Shown here: positions 1 to 12,441 of the stretch, piece after piece | Layout of the letters: each line of letters begins with the position of its first letter | Position numbering within the stretch: position 1 is the stretch's first letter | Origin: Hormiphora californensis | Taxonomy: Eukaryota; Animalia; Ctenophora | Direction: 5' to 3' | DNA: 64,000 bases | Assembly (NCBI GenBank): GCA_020137815.1 | Contig: CM035356.1 | Coordinates: 558,001 to 622,000 of the forward strand | Position numbers and translations under genes: made by a program | Notes under the pieces: generated by a model | Database searches by the model: none | The model's input: the letters and a program-made list of their open reading frames with translations, nothing else | Told to the model about the DNA's origin: nothing

Positions 1-39
1 CACAAATAGTGCGAATGATGTCATGAGTTGTAAGGCCAT
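1..39 (-). CDS. Possible start of a gene running off the left edge (MALQLMTSFALFV..., signal-peptide-like)
   Basis: ATG at 39-37, open hydrophobic frame to the window edge, acceptor-like tgtccag near 105. Only 13 codons visible. Confidence 0.25.
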   Translation of the reverse strand, partial: MALQLMTSFALFV

Positions 40-546
40 TTCTCAGATTTCGTCTTAAATTATCGAATTAGGGATTTAGCACCATCGTTTGGACATAAGA
101 CTGCTGGACAGTATAGATGATAATGGTCAGTTTGGAAAAAACATATTTCAATTCAGTACTGATAATTGAGACAGTGTTATATTCTCGGTGAAGCGAGACC
201 GAGGGATGTTTCATAAAAGGTAGCTTGAGCTGTTCTGAATTATTAGTTGTTAACACAGGTCACGCGATGTTAACCATCTCAGATCACGCTTTCGGTACAC
301 ACTGTTGCCCTTTGGGACGAGGTCTCCCCTTTTCTCTCTCACTCTGTCCCTCGGCCTCCCGCACACCCTTTTGTGCTCATCCGACGGCAAAAAATAGCAC
401 ATCGCCAGATGTAAAATTTCGGTGGTAGAAATTGGCTGAAATACAAAGGAAGGTGAAAAAACATTTTCAAAAAATATTTCAAAACGCGATCCACGAAATG
501 AAACGAAAGTCGAAAATAAAGAATTATAATAAATTACCCACGAAAT

Positions 547-759
547 TAGTGGAAGCTCTTACGGTATTTCCCACGCCCCGTGGGAAAGTTTTTGACCGTG
601 GGAAAGTTTTCAAACCGTGGGAAAAGAGAGATACATACAATAACATACAAAAAATAATTATTTTTTAAAAGTTATTGTATGTATCTCTCTTTTCCCACGG
701 TTTGAAAACTTTCCCACGGTCAAAAACTTTCCCACGGGGCGTGGGAAATACCGTAAGAG
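547..759. mobile_element. Palindromic MITE, copy 1 (right end truncated)
   Basis: Near-perfect ~100-bp inverted arms starting TAGTGGAAGCTCTTACGG; nearly identical to 870-1091. Confidence 0.8.
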
Positions 760-848
760 TGCGCGGCTCAAATCCTGCGCTCTGATTGGCTGAAATTTCG
801 CGCGCTCGAAATTTCAGCCAATCACAGCTCAGGATTTGAGCCGCGCAC
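759..848. repeat. ~90-bp imperfect palindrome (second MITE-like family)
   Basis: gtgcgcggctcaaatcctg...caggatttgagccgcgcac inverted arms. Confidence 0.7.
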
Positions 849-869
849 CTAGCTTTCAAAAAATGTTTT

Positions 870-1091
870 TAGTGGAAGCTCTTACGGTATTTCCCACGCC
901 CCGTGGGAAAGTTTTTGACCGTGGGAAAGTTTTCAAACCGTGGGAAAAGAGAGATACATACAATAAGATACAAAAAATAATTATTTTTTTAAAGTTATTG
1001 TATGTATCTCTCTTTTCCCACGGTTTGAAAACTTTCCCACGGTCAAAAACTTTCCCACGGGGCGTGGGAAATACCGTAAGAGCTTCCACTA
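870..1091. mobile_element. Palindromic MITE, copy 2 (complete, TA-flanked; Tc1/mariner-like)
   Basis: TAGTGGAAGCTC...GAGCTTCCACTA termini; whole element is a hairpin. Confidence 0.8.
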
Positions 1092-1318
1092 TTTGCGCGT
1101 CCGAGTAAAATCGAGTGCGTCTGCCAAAAATAACCCAGCGTTTTTTACTTTTTTAAAGGAATGAACAATCGCACAACCTTTACATTGGCTCTCAGACCTT
1201 TCACCTTTATTGGTCATCAGATGACAGATCACAAGCTCAGTGATATCTTCCGACGTAAGGCATAAGGCATAAACTGATGAGGCACTGAGGCAGAATCTTG
1301 TCCTTAGCCTGAGATTCG

Positions 1319-1379
1319 CTGTCAGGCCAATGCTCTGATCACAGTTCTCGCGAATAGGGTCAGGCCAATGCTCTGACAG
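1319..1379. repeat. Short dispersed repeat (ctgtcag...ctgacag ends, internal direct repeat gtcaggccaatgctctg)
   Basis: Second, longer copy in reverse orientation at ~52527-52610. Confidence 0.6.
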
Positions 1380-2221
1380 GAGATTCAGGATGAGGGCTTA
1401 TACCTTCAGGACTTTCTGAAAATCGCTGGTTATCCCACCCGCTGTATTCATATTTCATTACCAAAATGACTGCTGTCTGCTACTTGCTAGACTCATTCCT
1501 TCGGTAAAGTTGGTCAAGGGGCGTGTTGAGATGGAGCCGCGAGGGTGCATTAGCACGGAAAATTTTCACCTTCACATGGGCGAGCTGCATTTTCCGGCAA
1601 AGGTCAAGTAATACCACGTCCACACTTGCGTCATTTTTTTAAATAAACTACACAATCCACTAGGGACCTCAGGGGTGAAACGGTGCAGAGCAGCCGCGAG
1701 CCACTAGACACGGTGAGGTGACTTGCGTCATGGGCAGAGTTATGCTAGGGTTTTTGCCCTTTTTGATGATGTTAGATCATAGATGTGATGTGTGAACTGA
1801 GTTTTTTTATGTCTGCAAGCCTGCAGTTTGTCCCTACGCCTATTTATTAAAGTACCCTGTATACCGAGGGAAAACTTGAGACTCATATTCTATTTCTGTC
1901 TCGAAATACCTGTCCTAATGATCCAGACTCAGAAAATATTTATTTGGAAGCATTCGTACGACCTCAGTCATCAGTGATTATTGTTTTCTATATAATGAAG
2001 CTAGTTGTAATTAATACGCATTATGCATAGAAGAAAGGAAAGACATGGGATCTTCTACATCATATACTTCATCTATGAACATCACACATGAATGCTTCAC
2101 CCACATATATCGTGCGAAAGTAAAATACCGCTTAAAGGCTTCTTATTTGGTAAATTAAAGATTCGACAGTTTTAATTTGCATTACTTCTTCGATTGAGTT
2201 TGCTTTGTACATGCATAATTG

Positions 2222-3140
2222 CTAATATCTGAAATTTTTCATCCAAGTAAGAATTAGAGCAGTCATAAGGGCAACGTCAACTCCCGGTTCCACGGAGAGA
2301 GAAGCAACACCAACTCCCTCACGCCTTAGTTTGGCGTAGACAATATCAGGGGTTTCAGCGTCTACAATTTGTAGTTCGAAAGAGAAGACTCCCGCAAACT
2401 TAACTACCACAGCTGGTACACCACTGAAAAAAAGGTTGGAAAGTGGAATAGCAGCTTTGGTCAAATTAGACCTTTTGCCGTAATTGAAATAAACATACCT
2501 CTCGCTAGAGTGCATTTTGACCTTGCACGATTTCTGCAATGACATCCGACTAAAAACCATGGAAACTTGTTTCTCATTTCTCTGTGGGCCCGTATTAAGA
2601 TACCATTTGTTTCCTTGCCTGCAAAGAAGTGAATATAGAGGTAACTATTTCATGTACATAATATATATTATGTAGTTGGAGTATTGTTGGGTATTATTAG
2701 GCCCTCATTATATTACCCGAAGGAGTAGTTTGGTTCTATGGCGCAAACCAGATTTCCAAAGACGTCATTCAGGCTATATGTATAGGAACGCATGACACTG
2801 AACCCCTAAAATGTGATGTTTTGTTATTACCTGAATATCGATTATCTTCTATTCATATTCGATAATTTATCGAATATGATTAGACCTATGATAAACAAAG
2901 CAGGTTAGCTGCTTTTTTTTTCGTCGGACATGGCTCTATTATTGCGTTGTTTCCCTGTCCTTACTCAGCAAGACTTACCGATATATCCAAAATGGGTGAG
3001 AACCAGGTCTGTCCATTTCGTGCATCTGTTACTGGTAGTTCACCGATGGAGCCTTGAGGGGCCCTCCTTATCAGCAGCCTGACCTCTTCATCTTTGCAAA
3101 ACTGGGGCCCAAAGACACAAAGTTTGGGTACCGTCGACAT
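2222..3140 (-). CDS. LURP-one-related (LOR / Tubby-C-like, scramblase superfamily) protein, 4 exons
   Basis: Exons approx 3140-2979, 2805-2717, 2618-2499, 2423-2222 with GT-AG sites in consistent phase. N-term VFGPQFC...VTDARNG, middle LNDVFGNLVCAI and C-term LSVEPGVDVALMTALI match LOR-family motifs. Confidence 0.75.
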
Positions 3141-3178
3141 TCCCTTGGACTATTCCTAGTGTTATATTAGTTCATTAA

Positions 3179-3533
3179 GGCCAGAGGGGGGGGGGTATAA
3201 AAAGTCACTTTCGGTATCTGGTCCGGCTCGAAGAGCCGGACCAGATGACATACTCGGAATCGATTTTGCGCGCACCGTTAGGGAGAAAATTGAGGTTAAC
3301 TTTTGGCCCAAAATCAATGTTAACCTCTCTAATTCTTAGAGATCAGGTATTGAAACAATAAAAACTATTCTAAAAGTAAGGTATCACTAAGGAGAGCATG
3401 TGTGAGCAATTTTATGGCGCTATTCCTGGTAGTTCTTTAAATTTAGAGGTCAACATATTTATGTCAACATATTCTTCGAGCCGGACCAGATACCGAAAGT
3501 GACTTTTTATACCCCGGACCCCCCCCTCTGGCC
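3179..3533. mobile_element. Non-autonomous DNA transposon with TTAA TSD and GG...CC ends (Kolobok-like)
   Basis: TTAA at 3175-3178 and 3534-3537; ~55-bp TIRs GGCCAGAGGGG...GTATAAAAAGTCACTTTCGGTATCTGGTCCGGCTCGAAGA. Confidence 0.75.
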
Positions 3534-3671
3534 TTAAATGCCAAAAACTAATAGAAATTGGTTGGCTCGAAATGTGACCTCTTTTGTTTTGAAACTGACA
3601 CCTTTTCCCTCTCTCGCAGTCACTGTACCACATGTGACACAGTGACTGCACAGTGATATTCGGATTTCGAA

Positions 3672-3907
3672 AGGTCTTTCACGAACACTTCGGTCCTAAC
3701 TTTTAGGGGGAATGATTTTTCACTAGGGCTTTTTTGAAATGGCTTTCACGAACAAAAGTTGGGGGTAGATGGGGAGGGTTTTCTAAAAAATGTTTCTAAA
3801 AACACTCATAACTTTGGCCGTTCGTGAAAGCCACATTGTAAATTTTGGTCCTAACTACGCTGGGACCGGTCCTTACTTCGGTCCTAAGTGTTTCGTGAAA
3901 GACCCCC
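3672..3907. mobile_element. Degenerate TIR element (GGTCTTTCACGAA ends; Harbinger-like)
   Basis: ggtctttcacgaacactt at left, aagtgtttcgtgaaagacc at right, internal ttcacgaa/ggtcctaa repeats. Confidence 0.5.
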
Positions 3908-4376
3908 AGTGGTTCTGAATGCTCGCAACAATATACTGAAAGAGGATGAAGAATGACAGGTTGGAAGAAGCTCACAGTGCTGCTTGCAGTGGAAATACTG
4001 TAACACGAAATACAGTAATATGCACGGAATTTGCGTAACACGCAAGTGATTTTGTCAAGAATCTGTTTAAAGTACTTTTTGGTCAGCACGTACTAACACG
4101 CCGATTGGCCACGGTTGCGCGTCTTCATACCGTGTCTCCGATTTCCATTACTGTATTCCCACTACAAGCGACCGGGTCATCAAACGAAATATATATGGTA
4201 GTTAGTCTACTGAACGATCACGGGTGCTTGACTCCCCACAGCGGCGGCAAATCCTCTACTTGAGGTAGCCCCAGCGGAATGTAGAATCCCCCTGTTGGGT
4301 CTACTATAACCAAACCAGCTGCTCTTACAACAACACGAAATATAGTAGTGTTTTAAAGAATTTTAGTTTTTACATA

Positions 4377-4521
4377 CAGTCGGACCCCGATTTACCGGGA
4401 TACTCGGGGGAAAGAGTTTTGCCCGGTATATCGGGGTCAAATACTTTATACTGTTATTTTCCTACTTCGGGGGAAGATTATCTTCCCGGTAAATCGAAGC
4501 TCGGTAAATCGGGGTCCGACT
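4377..4521. mobile_element. CAGTCGGACCCCGAT-family MITE (TA-flanked, Tc1/pogo-like)
   Basis: TIR cagtcggaccccgatttacc / ggtaaatcggggtccgact; related copies or fragments at ~10849, ~22570 and 56631-57491. Confidence 0.8.
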
Positions 4522-4850
4522 ATTATATGTTATTCAAAGCAAATCAAGACAAAATATATGTTCTATTTTAGTTCTTATTATATATGTACATGTATTTCTC
4601 TCACTCTATAATTGTCTGGCTTGCATTTCTTACGAATTTCGACACATGCATTTGAGTGACACACTAAGTTTAAATATAGTATGGGCTATAAGTAATAGTG
4701 AAATTTGCGAAGAAAGAAACCGAAAACCAAGGCACGGGAATCAAGCAGGAGAAAATTCCTGAAGTTCAATAATTCAGTGATCTTGTTAAATATATTAGCA
4801 TGATTAGTGCTTGTGGAACAAAGACTAAGTTTAGTATGTAGAGATAATAA

Positions 4851-4963
4851 GTAGCGCCTTCCGGCTTCAATGAAGATGGCCAATATAAATATTGTGATAT
4901 ATTTGGTTAAAATGAATCATCATTGTATTTCTCTTGACCACCTTGATTGAAGCCGGAAGGCTA
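4851..4963. repeat. Imperfect inverted repeat (MITE remnant)
   Basis: gccttccggcttcaat...attgaagccggaaggc arms. Confidence 0.55.
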
Positions 4964-5150
4964 TTATCTCTGATATTCCTGCCAGACTACTTAAATCAAC
5001 AGTGAATTAAGAAATCCGAATTTAGATATTAGACAATAGAAATCATACAATAGAAATTAGACAATATCAAAACTAAGAGCGTCATTTATACCACATGAGG
5101 TATTCATCGACTATATACCAACGCATCAATTTTAAATAGAAGGTTATTAA

Positions 5151-5395
5151 GCCAAAAACTAATTGGAATTAGTTGGCGGGAAAGGTGGCCCACTTACACC
5201 TTTTGCTGCTACCGGGTACCACGAACTGTCATTCTCTTCACGTCACGTCGGTATCTCAATCTCTCTCTCACCCTTTCTCTTTCTCTATTTCACTCACCTC
5301 TTATATCCCTGATACATTTTAAAATAAAACCCGGCATCAGGCAAAGGTGTAAGTGGGCCACCTTTCCCGCCAACTAATTCCAATTAGTTTTTGGC
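5151..5395. mobile_element. TTAA-flanked MITE with ~50-bp perfect TIRs
   Basis: ttaa|gccaaaaactaattggaattagttggcgggaaaggtggcccacttacaccttt and its reverse complement ending ggc|ttaa. Confidence 0.8.
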
Positions 5396-7653
5396 TTAAT
5401 TTAGGTCCCTTTTTGGTTTCTAATGTCAGTATGACATTATTTCATGATGTAAAATTGTCAAAATGATGTGTTATATGAGAAACGAGACGAATTTCTGTGA
5501 AAATCGTAATTTTGACGTCATTATGACATCATCTGACGTAATTAGTGACGTCGTAACGACGTAATTGCATCACAATATATTTTGAATGAATACCCTGAAG
5601 GAGCTTGTAAAGTATCATTGACCGCAGTGGTCAGGAAAGGGAGTTTTTGTTAAAAAAACGTTCAATTTGCTGAATTTTTCGTCAAATTTTTGACTTCCGA
5701 CGCAATTTAAGGGCTCAAAATGATGAGCTACGAAAATTCGCCATATAGTATCTGAAAGTTCAGACGATTTGCCGGTAACGATTTTTTGTCAAATCAAAAA
5801 TCGGAACACGTCTCAAGGGTGCTAGAGGCGTTTGAAAAAAGTTAGTCGGTCTCGCGCAATGACATCACTCGTGACGTCATTGCGCGCGTCATAGGCAAGA
5901 TGAAGAGTCGCCACCAGAATGGGTACATGCACGAGACAATTATCTGTCGATTGCCGCTTGGTTTAAGGTCGTACGATGTCTGGTTCGTCTCAAACTGGGA
6001 CCAAACGGAAGGTAACAAAGCGTCTATACATCTATCTATGTATATATGTATATATGTATCAACCTAGTTATCCCCACACTGAATTTTCTGTTTTGGGGGT
6101 GGTGTTATAACTTTTGAACAAAAAGAGCTAGCCACTTGAAATTTTTACCATCGATAGATGTCTACAAGAAGCTTCTGAGTACAAAATTTCAGCTTCGTAG
6201 CTCATCTGGTTCGGGAGTTATGGCCAGTCAAAAAGTGCCAAAATGGGCTAAAAGTATGAAATAACTATATATACGCTGTGAGCAAGCGGGCCGTTTTTTG
6301 GGGGAATTTTTTTTCGGGGGGGGGGGGGGGTTGGATGGGGCCACCTTTGCGCTTGCCAGCGCAGTGATCACAGTCAAACATCAATATACCCTTTTTTATC
6401 GGGACAACATTGAGAATAGGTACGGAATGCAATTAAGAAAGATTTCACACACCCATCCAAGTGTGTCTGGCGCCGTGACCCCATCTGAGGGCACTGTTGA
6501 GAATCAAATTGGGGTATGACTCAAGGCGTGTGACATGTTTAGGAACTGTAGTGGTAAAGGGGCGGGTGAACAAGAACGATACGAAACATTTAAAAAAAGA
6601 ACAAGAAAGATAAATTATATAACTGCTAAAGTATCTTTACAGATATTTATGCTGCCTACTGCAGCAGTACAACCGTACATGCATAAAGCACACACGGCCA
6701 AAATTGCAGTGGAATACAAAGGACATTTGTGTGGAGTAGAAGTCTTAATCTTTCATCTTCCCAGAAGATTACTACACATGTAGTGGCGCCGTCACCCGCT
6801 TAGTGGGCTTCGTTTTACTGTGCTACACGCACAGGAGTTGTAACCCCCTAGTTCCATGGGCAGAATTCTGCAAAAGAGTCTGCCCTTTGAAAGGGAGCAC
6901 CGCGGTTCCACGACTGTGTCACCAAATATAAAGCGCTTTTCGTGATTGCTGCGTTTGGAGGATTTCGTAGTAACATATGTATACATTGCGAAAGATGGGC
7001 GATGGATTTTATCTTATGTCTATGAGGAACATAAAAAGTGAAGATACTTATGTACCGTAGTGATGAAGTGATGTACACTCTATCAACACCTTAACCTCAA
7101 CACCTTTATCTCTAGAAAGTAGAAGAATATGATCATATCATATTATGGTATAATGTACATAATGTACAGAAAAGATGCTCTGGGTTTACATACTGGGTTG
7201 CAGGTTCAATAATCGATTGATCTTCGCTACCAGCGTCCAGCACAGGCAATGGCATAATGAGCAAACTAATACTGCATCTACACACAAATATCATTACCTG
7301 ACCAGTGACCGTGATCAGTGCACATAATCAATAAATTTAATCAATACATTTCACGGCAGGTCGGAACAATCAGAGCGTTATATCCTGGCATCCTGCCGAT
7401 TTAAACAAAGTTTTCTAGACACAGTCACGTCGGTCAGTCTTAGCTGTACTGTTTACCAAATGTGGAGGAATGACAGTCTTTGACAGTTGGTCAGCGAAAT
7501 GACACAATTTGAATTCGATTTTGTCAAGTAGGAAATCAAAACGTGTGCAATTAGTTTAAGATTTTACACAATAATTTCGTCAATAAAATAGTACAATAAA
7601 ACAATGAAACAATAAATACGATTTAAAACACCACCCCTTCCCCATTCCCCCGA

Positions 7654-10600
7654 TCAAATTTGAGTGGTTTGAAGGTGGGAGCTGCTACAGGTTACATGTC
7701 CACAACTATCATTTTCATTATTGAACTTGCTATAATAAGGTCCGTCACACAGCGCACTCTCTACACTCTCTACCTCCACCCTATCATCATCATCTTCCTC
7801 AGCTGGTGGATCATTGTGCGGGCATGGGGGCAGGTCCTCCCCCGTGGGACGTCTTAAAGTCAGCTGGAACCGCATCTTTATCTGCTTACCACTATCATTA
7901 TCATCATCATCTCCGTGCACATCGTCTAGCTCAATGTCAGAGAGATGGTACGATGGTCTCTGCAGGGGAGAGAAAGTGATAGGTTACTGCTATGAAGTCT
8001 GACAAGACAATTCAACACATAGAATGTGTTCTAAATTGGGATAATTTCCTAATAAGGTTGGGTTTTTGTTTGATACACTAGATATGTACCAGGTTTTCCT
8101 CAATAGGCTCTATCAGTTCTTCCTTATCCGACTTCTGCATCCGATACATTTTAATCAACCGCTGTGCTCTGGAAATAAAATGGAATTTTTAAAAAACTTT
8201 ATTCCAGCCCCATTTTAATGAAAATAAGGAAACCAAAGCTCTTAAAATAATGTAGCAGAGAAACAATTAATGCTTTTTGGGAGCATTTCAAGATCAATAG
8301 GATAGCACTTACACGAGTAGTCCACCGGCGAGGAAAGCCACACCACCCAGTATGAGGAAACAAAATCCATGGTAATAGTTGTGGGTCGCCTCGTATATCT
8401 GGAACATATTGAGGATGTTATATACAAGAAATGGAGCATTATTTGTTGACTTGCGAGTTGCAATGGTCTATAATAAACCAAATTTCAAACTTAAAAATGA
8501 TGTATGAAATGGTGTATGGCGTATGCCTGTCAGTCTGGGACATGGTGTTGTCCGGGAAGCCACCAACTTACCCCACTAGTAGCGGAGCTGCTGATTAAAA
8601 CGCACAAAATCTCCACCGAGGTTATGAGAGAGAAGAGGGATCCCTGCGAGTTGGCTGACACTATCTTACTCATCTCAGAACGGAGCGTTGGTGTGGCTAT
8701 GTTCCCTATCGCTCCAATCCCTGAACCTGGGAATAACAATATTAGAACTGGCACTTGAATTGTTCATACACAGTGTCAGGAGACTCAAGGTGACACATCA
8801 CACAGGGCGAAACAGTCCCAGTACTTTCTTTTTAAAGAATGCATTGCCTCAAGCCTATTCTAGAAGCAGTACAACATCATGTCAGTTAAAGTCTAGACCT
8901 GCACTTGTCATTATCGACTATCCAAAGCAACTATAAAATGTGACTGCTATGCCCTATATGTGGAGAGAGCAACAGGGAGAGATTGATACTTTAGCTAAGA
9001 GAGTAACAACCAGCAATGTCCGCCCTGCTGGCTGCTACGCATGGTGCTTTGTACACATATGATACCTATAAAAAGCATCCACTCTGTTGTTGAGATACCG
9101 ACGATAACCGAGCTGAAACAGGAGGCTGATATCCCTATCAGAGCACACCAGAAATCTCCTGCGAGTCGGTTCAGCTCGGGTAATCCAAACAAGGTTATCA
9201 GTCCGTTTAGAAGGGTATTGAAGGCTATGTAGTAACCGACACTCGCCTGAATAGAAATGGTTAACAATTGTTAACTTATTAACATCATGACTTTGAGACG
9301 GAGGCGGAGGGCTTATGGATAATATTAAATCTCAAGGGGCTGAAATATTGAGATACTCACATAAGACCAGTTAAATGGTTTGTCAATAAGAAATAGGACG
9401 AATATGTTGTTCGGTCCGGCTAGAGATGAGATGATCAGGGCGAATACTATCAGTGCCAGCCACAGGGCCTGTCTGTTTCCCATTGGATTTCTAGAGGAGA
9501 ATTGGAAATTTAGAAAGTCAGATTAGTTTCCGTTTCTATTTATAAATAGTATTTTCTCCGCTAAAATTGATAAAATAAAAGTTTAAAATCATTATCAAAA
9601 AGATTGTCAAGTCATAACAGTTATGTCATAACTGACCGTAACACGTTTAGGGTTCGTTTTATGTGCTCCATAAAGTGAGTAGTAGGTCGCAGTTTTGAGA
9701 CCCTCCTAGTTTCCTTCAGTCGGAAGACAATGTAGATGATTATAGCGGCATTACATACTAGCACGGTTAAAAGTGGAACTGCAAAACCAATCTTGTCCGC
9801 TGAAATACCTCCTAAACAATCCCAGTTAGTAATAGTTTGTCTTTTGGTAAAGTCTAGTTTCTTGACAATTCCTTTTATTACCTGCTGCTGATGCTAAAAA
9901 TCCACCAAGATACACCATACTCTCAGCAAGTGCTATCTTCTTCGTTCTTTTGTCCTGCAAAACACAATGTCATGGTCTACATGACTGTTTCTTCACACAC
10001 GCTACACGCTACATAGCATCTGTGGACTGTGTTTAGGATAGACGAGTCTTTTATGAGAATGGAACAAAGCACAATGTCACAACTCCAACACCCTCATGAC
10101 CCTTGTGGCTAATCGAGGAACAGTTCTCACCGTGTTCGATAAGTCAGCCATGTAGGCGAAGGAGGAGAAGAGAAAAGTGCTGACTCCCCCACAGAGCCCC
10201 TCAATGAAGCCTCCAACGAGAAACCAATACCAGGGGAACCTAGAGAGAGAGATACCATATTGGTTGCCATGGAGTTACCATACCACATTGGTTGCCAATA
10301 AAAACCATGACTTCAGCTACAAAATATACCTGGTGTAGAACTGGATTAACATGACTAGCGTCCAAATACTGTTCCCGATACATGACAGGACCATGGCTGG
10401 CCTTCGACCGTACCTAAACCAGATTACTTTTCAATATCAATCGGTTAAATTCAAGGATAATTTAATTGTCATGACACGTGCTATATCTCTCTATACCGCA
10501 TACGGGAAGGTGTGTAACGACTTCCAAGCTACTGAGTCCTACATTCTCACTAACAAAACTAGGACACGATGTATCCCTCCGTGTGAGGGAGCCTCTGTGT

Positions 10601-11025
10601 TGGGAGCACACTAGTGGCTAACACGTACCTATCGGTGAAGGAACCCAGGGCAAGAATGGAAACAAAAGCAGGGACATGTCTAGCGATGGCGCAATACAGT
10701 TGAATCCTGGAAACTTTCTCTTGAGCTTGGGTCTTTTCGTCAGCACACTCTGTATCGTTATCACTAGAAAGATTGGGAAGATACTTGTTCAAATTCGTAC
10801 TGACATACAGACATTCAATAATTGGAGACATTTTTGCCCAGTAATTAGTAAATCGGGGTCCGACTGTGATATGTTACAGGGGACAAACAATCGTTAAACT
10901 TACGCACAGTCCGTGTTAGGGTGACCCAGAACGTTTTGCATGATGAGTTCCGTGAGTAGAGGGTACCAGAGATACACCGTGAACATGAACAGGAATATAA
11001 TCGGCTCAACTGTCAGATTCATCAT
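7654..11025 (-). CDS. SLC46-family (PCFT/SLC46A3-like) MFS transporter, multi-exon
   Basis: N-term MMNLTVEPIIFLFMF (TVEP hallmark), LGSFTDRYGRRPAM MFS motif, IEGLCGGVSTFLFSSFAYMAD, PTLRSEMSKIVSANSQGSLFSL; GT-AG exons; long acidic C-tail to the stop at 7654. Not every internal exon boundary was traced. Confidence 0.85.
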
Positions 11026-11492
11026 GATTCTGGTGATCTAGAACAGGACCAAAATTCAGGAATAAAATACAAGAGAAAACAAACCAAAAGTGTTAATCAG
11101 GATCATAATCTTGGCGGTGTGATAACATCGTTTAAGTGATCAAAGCATGCACTCCTTGAAATAGCGAACAAATGGCAGACCGTCCAAATTTTAATCGAAA
11201 AGACGTTTGCGTCGAAATGTACAGTTTAAGAGAGAGGGAGAGAGAGAGAGAAAGAGAGAGAAAATAAGGAGAGGAAGCAAACCGACAAGACAAATTAGAA
11301 GAATAGGCTTTTAATCAGAAGTGTACCTGCTAAGCGTTTTAAATCCCTTCTTCATTATCCCTCTTGACCTCGAGAGAGCTCTTGTCTCTCTCTCGTTCCA
11401 TTACTCACTAACTCCATGCTCTAACTATTGGATCCCTGCCTATTCCTCTATCTCTCTCTCTCAAAAGTAAGTATCTCTCTCTCAAAAGTAAG

Positions 11493-11531
<39 letters not shown>

Positions 11532-11728
11532 CACACAAACTACCTGCAATCCCTTCTCCTCGACGTTCTGGTACATCGAAGCAAATTAATATGCGTGTAT
11601 TCTACCATCTTCCCAGACACATATATTACAAAGCATGTATTACATACAATGCAGTAGCTATGAGAGGTAATTAATAGATTTTATATTGTATGCTTGGATG
11701 CACCTAGATACGAAAAGTAGCAACAATG

Positions 11729-12254
11729 GGGGGGGGGGGGCTTCACCTTTTTTTTGCCCATTGCCGATAATCCCAGCGAATTTTGGTTTTGCCCATTATA
11801 TGGGCAAAATGGGCAAAAATGGGCAAAAGTGGGCAAAAATAGGCAAAATGAAATTTTCAGTGTTATCTGTCGTTTTTTTCAACTCTATAGCTTGATTTCA
11901 TGTGAGAGAACAGCCCAAGTTTTGATAAAACTCGGTCATAATGGTCTTTGGTGTCTAGTTAGAAGCCAAATTTTTTTAGTGGTCAAATCCTAAATTTAGG
12001 ACTTTTTAGGTTTTTTGGCTTTTATGGGTTTCAGAAACGTGCTAGAACAAAATAAATACAAGCATCTTCCTCAGCGTGAAATTCTGCTTCGATTATAGTG
12101 GCTATAAACCTATCTATGATGTAAGGTGCAGGAGTTATTTTTTTGCCCATTTTTGCCCAGTTTGCCCAAAGTCCCACGATTTTTGAAAAATCAGTTGTTT
12201 CCATATGGGCAAATATGGGCAAACATGGGCAAAAAAAAGGTGACGCCCCCCCCC
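11729..12254. mobile_element. Non-autonomous TIR element with 8-bp TSD (CAACAATG) and G-run termini
   Basis: caacaatg at 11721-11728 and 12255-12262; TIR GGGGG..TCACCTTTTTTTTGCCCA; internal atgggcaaa repeats in both orientations. Confidence 0.75.
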
Positions 12255-12401
12255 CAACAATGTCAAAACCGAAATAGGGGAATTTGTCATGCTAGTGCGA
12301 TCCGTGTGGTGATCGATTATAGGGATCATTTAGGAAATAGTAATGTAAGGATGGAAAGGGGGAGAGACATAGAGAAACTGAGACAGATAAATTGGGGAAG
12401 A

Positions 12402-12441
<40 letters not shown>

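Noticed and set aside
1273-1300. CTGATGAG motifs here and at ~22904 as hammerhead cores
   Set aside because: No correctly placed GAAA or closing stems.
5405-6365. TGACGTCA-rich, repeat-like sequence
   Set aside because: Probably transposon-derived, but I could not define TIRs or TSDs from this window.
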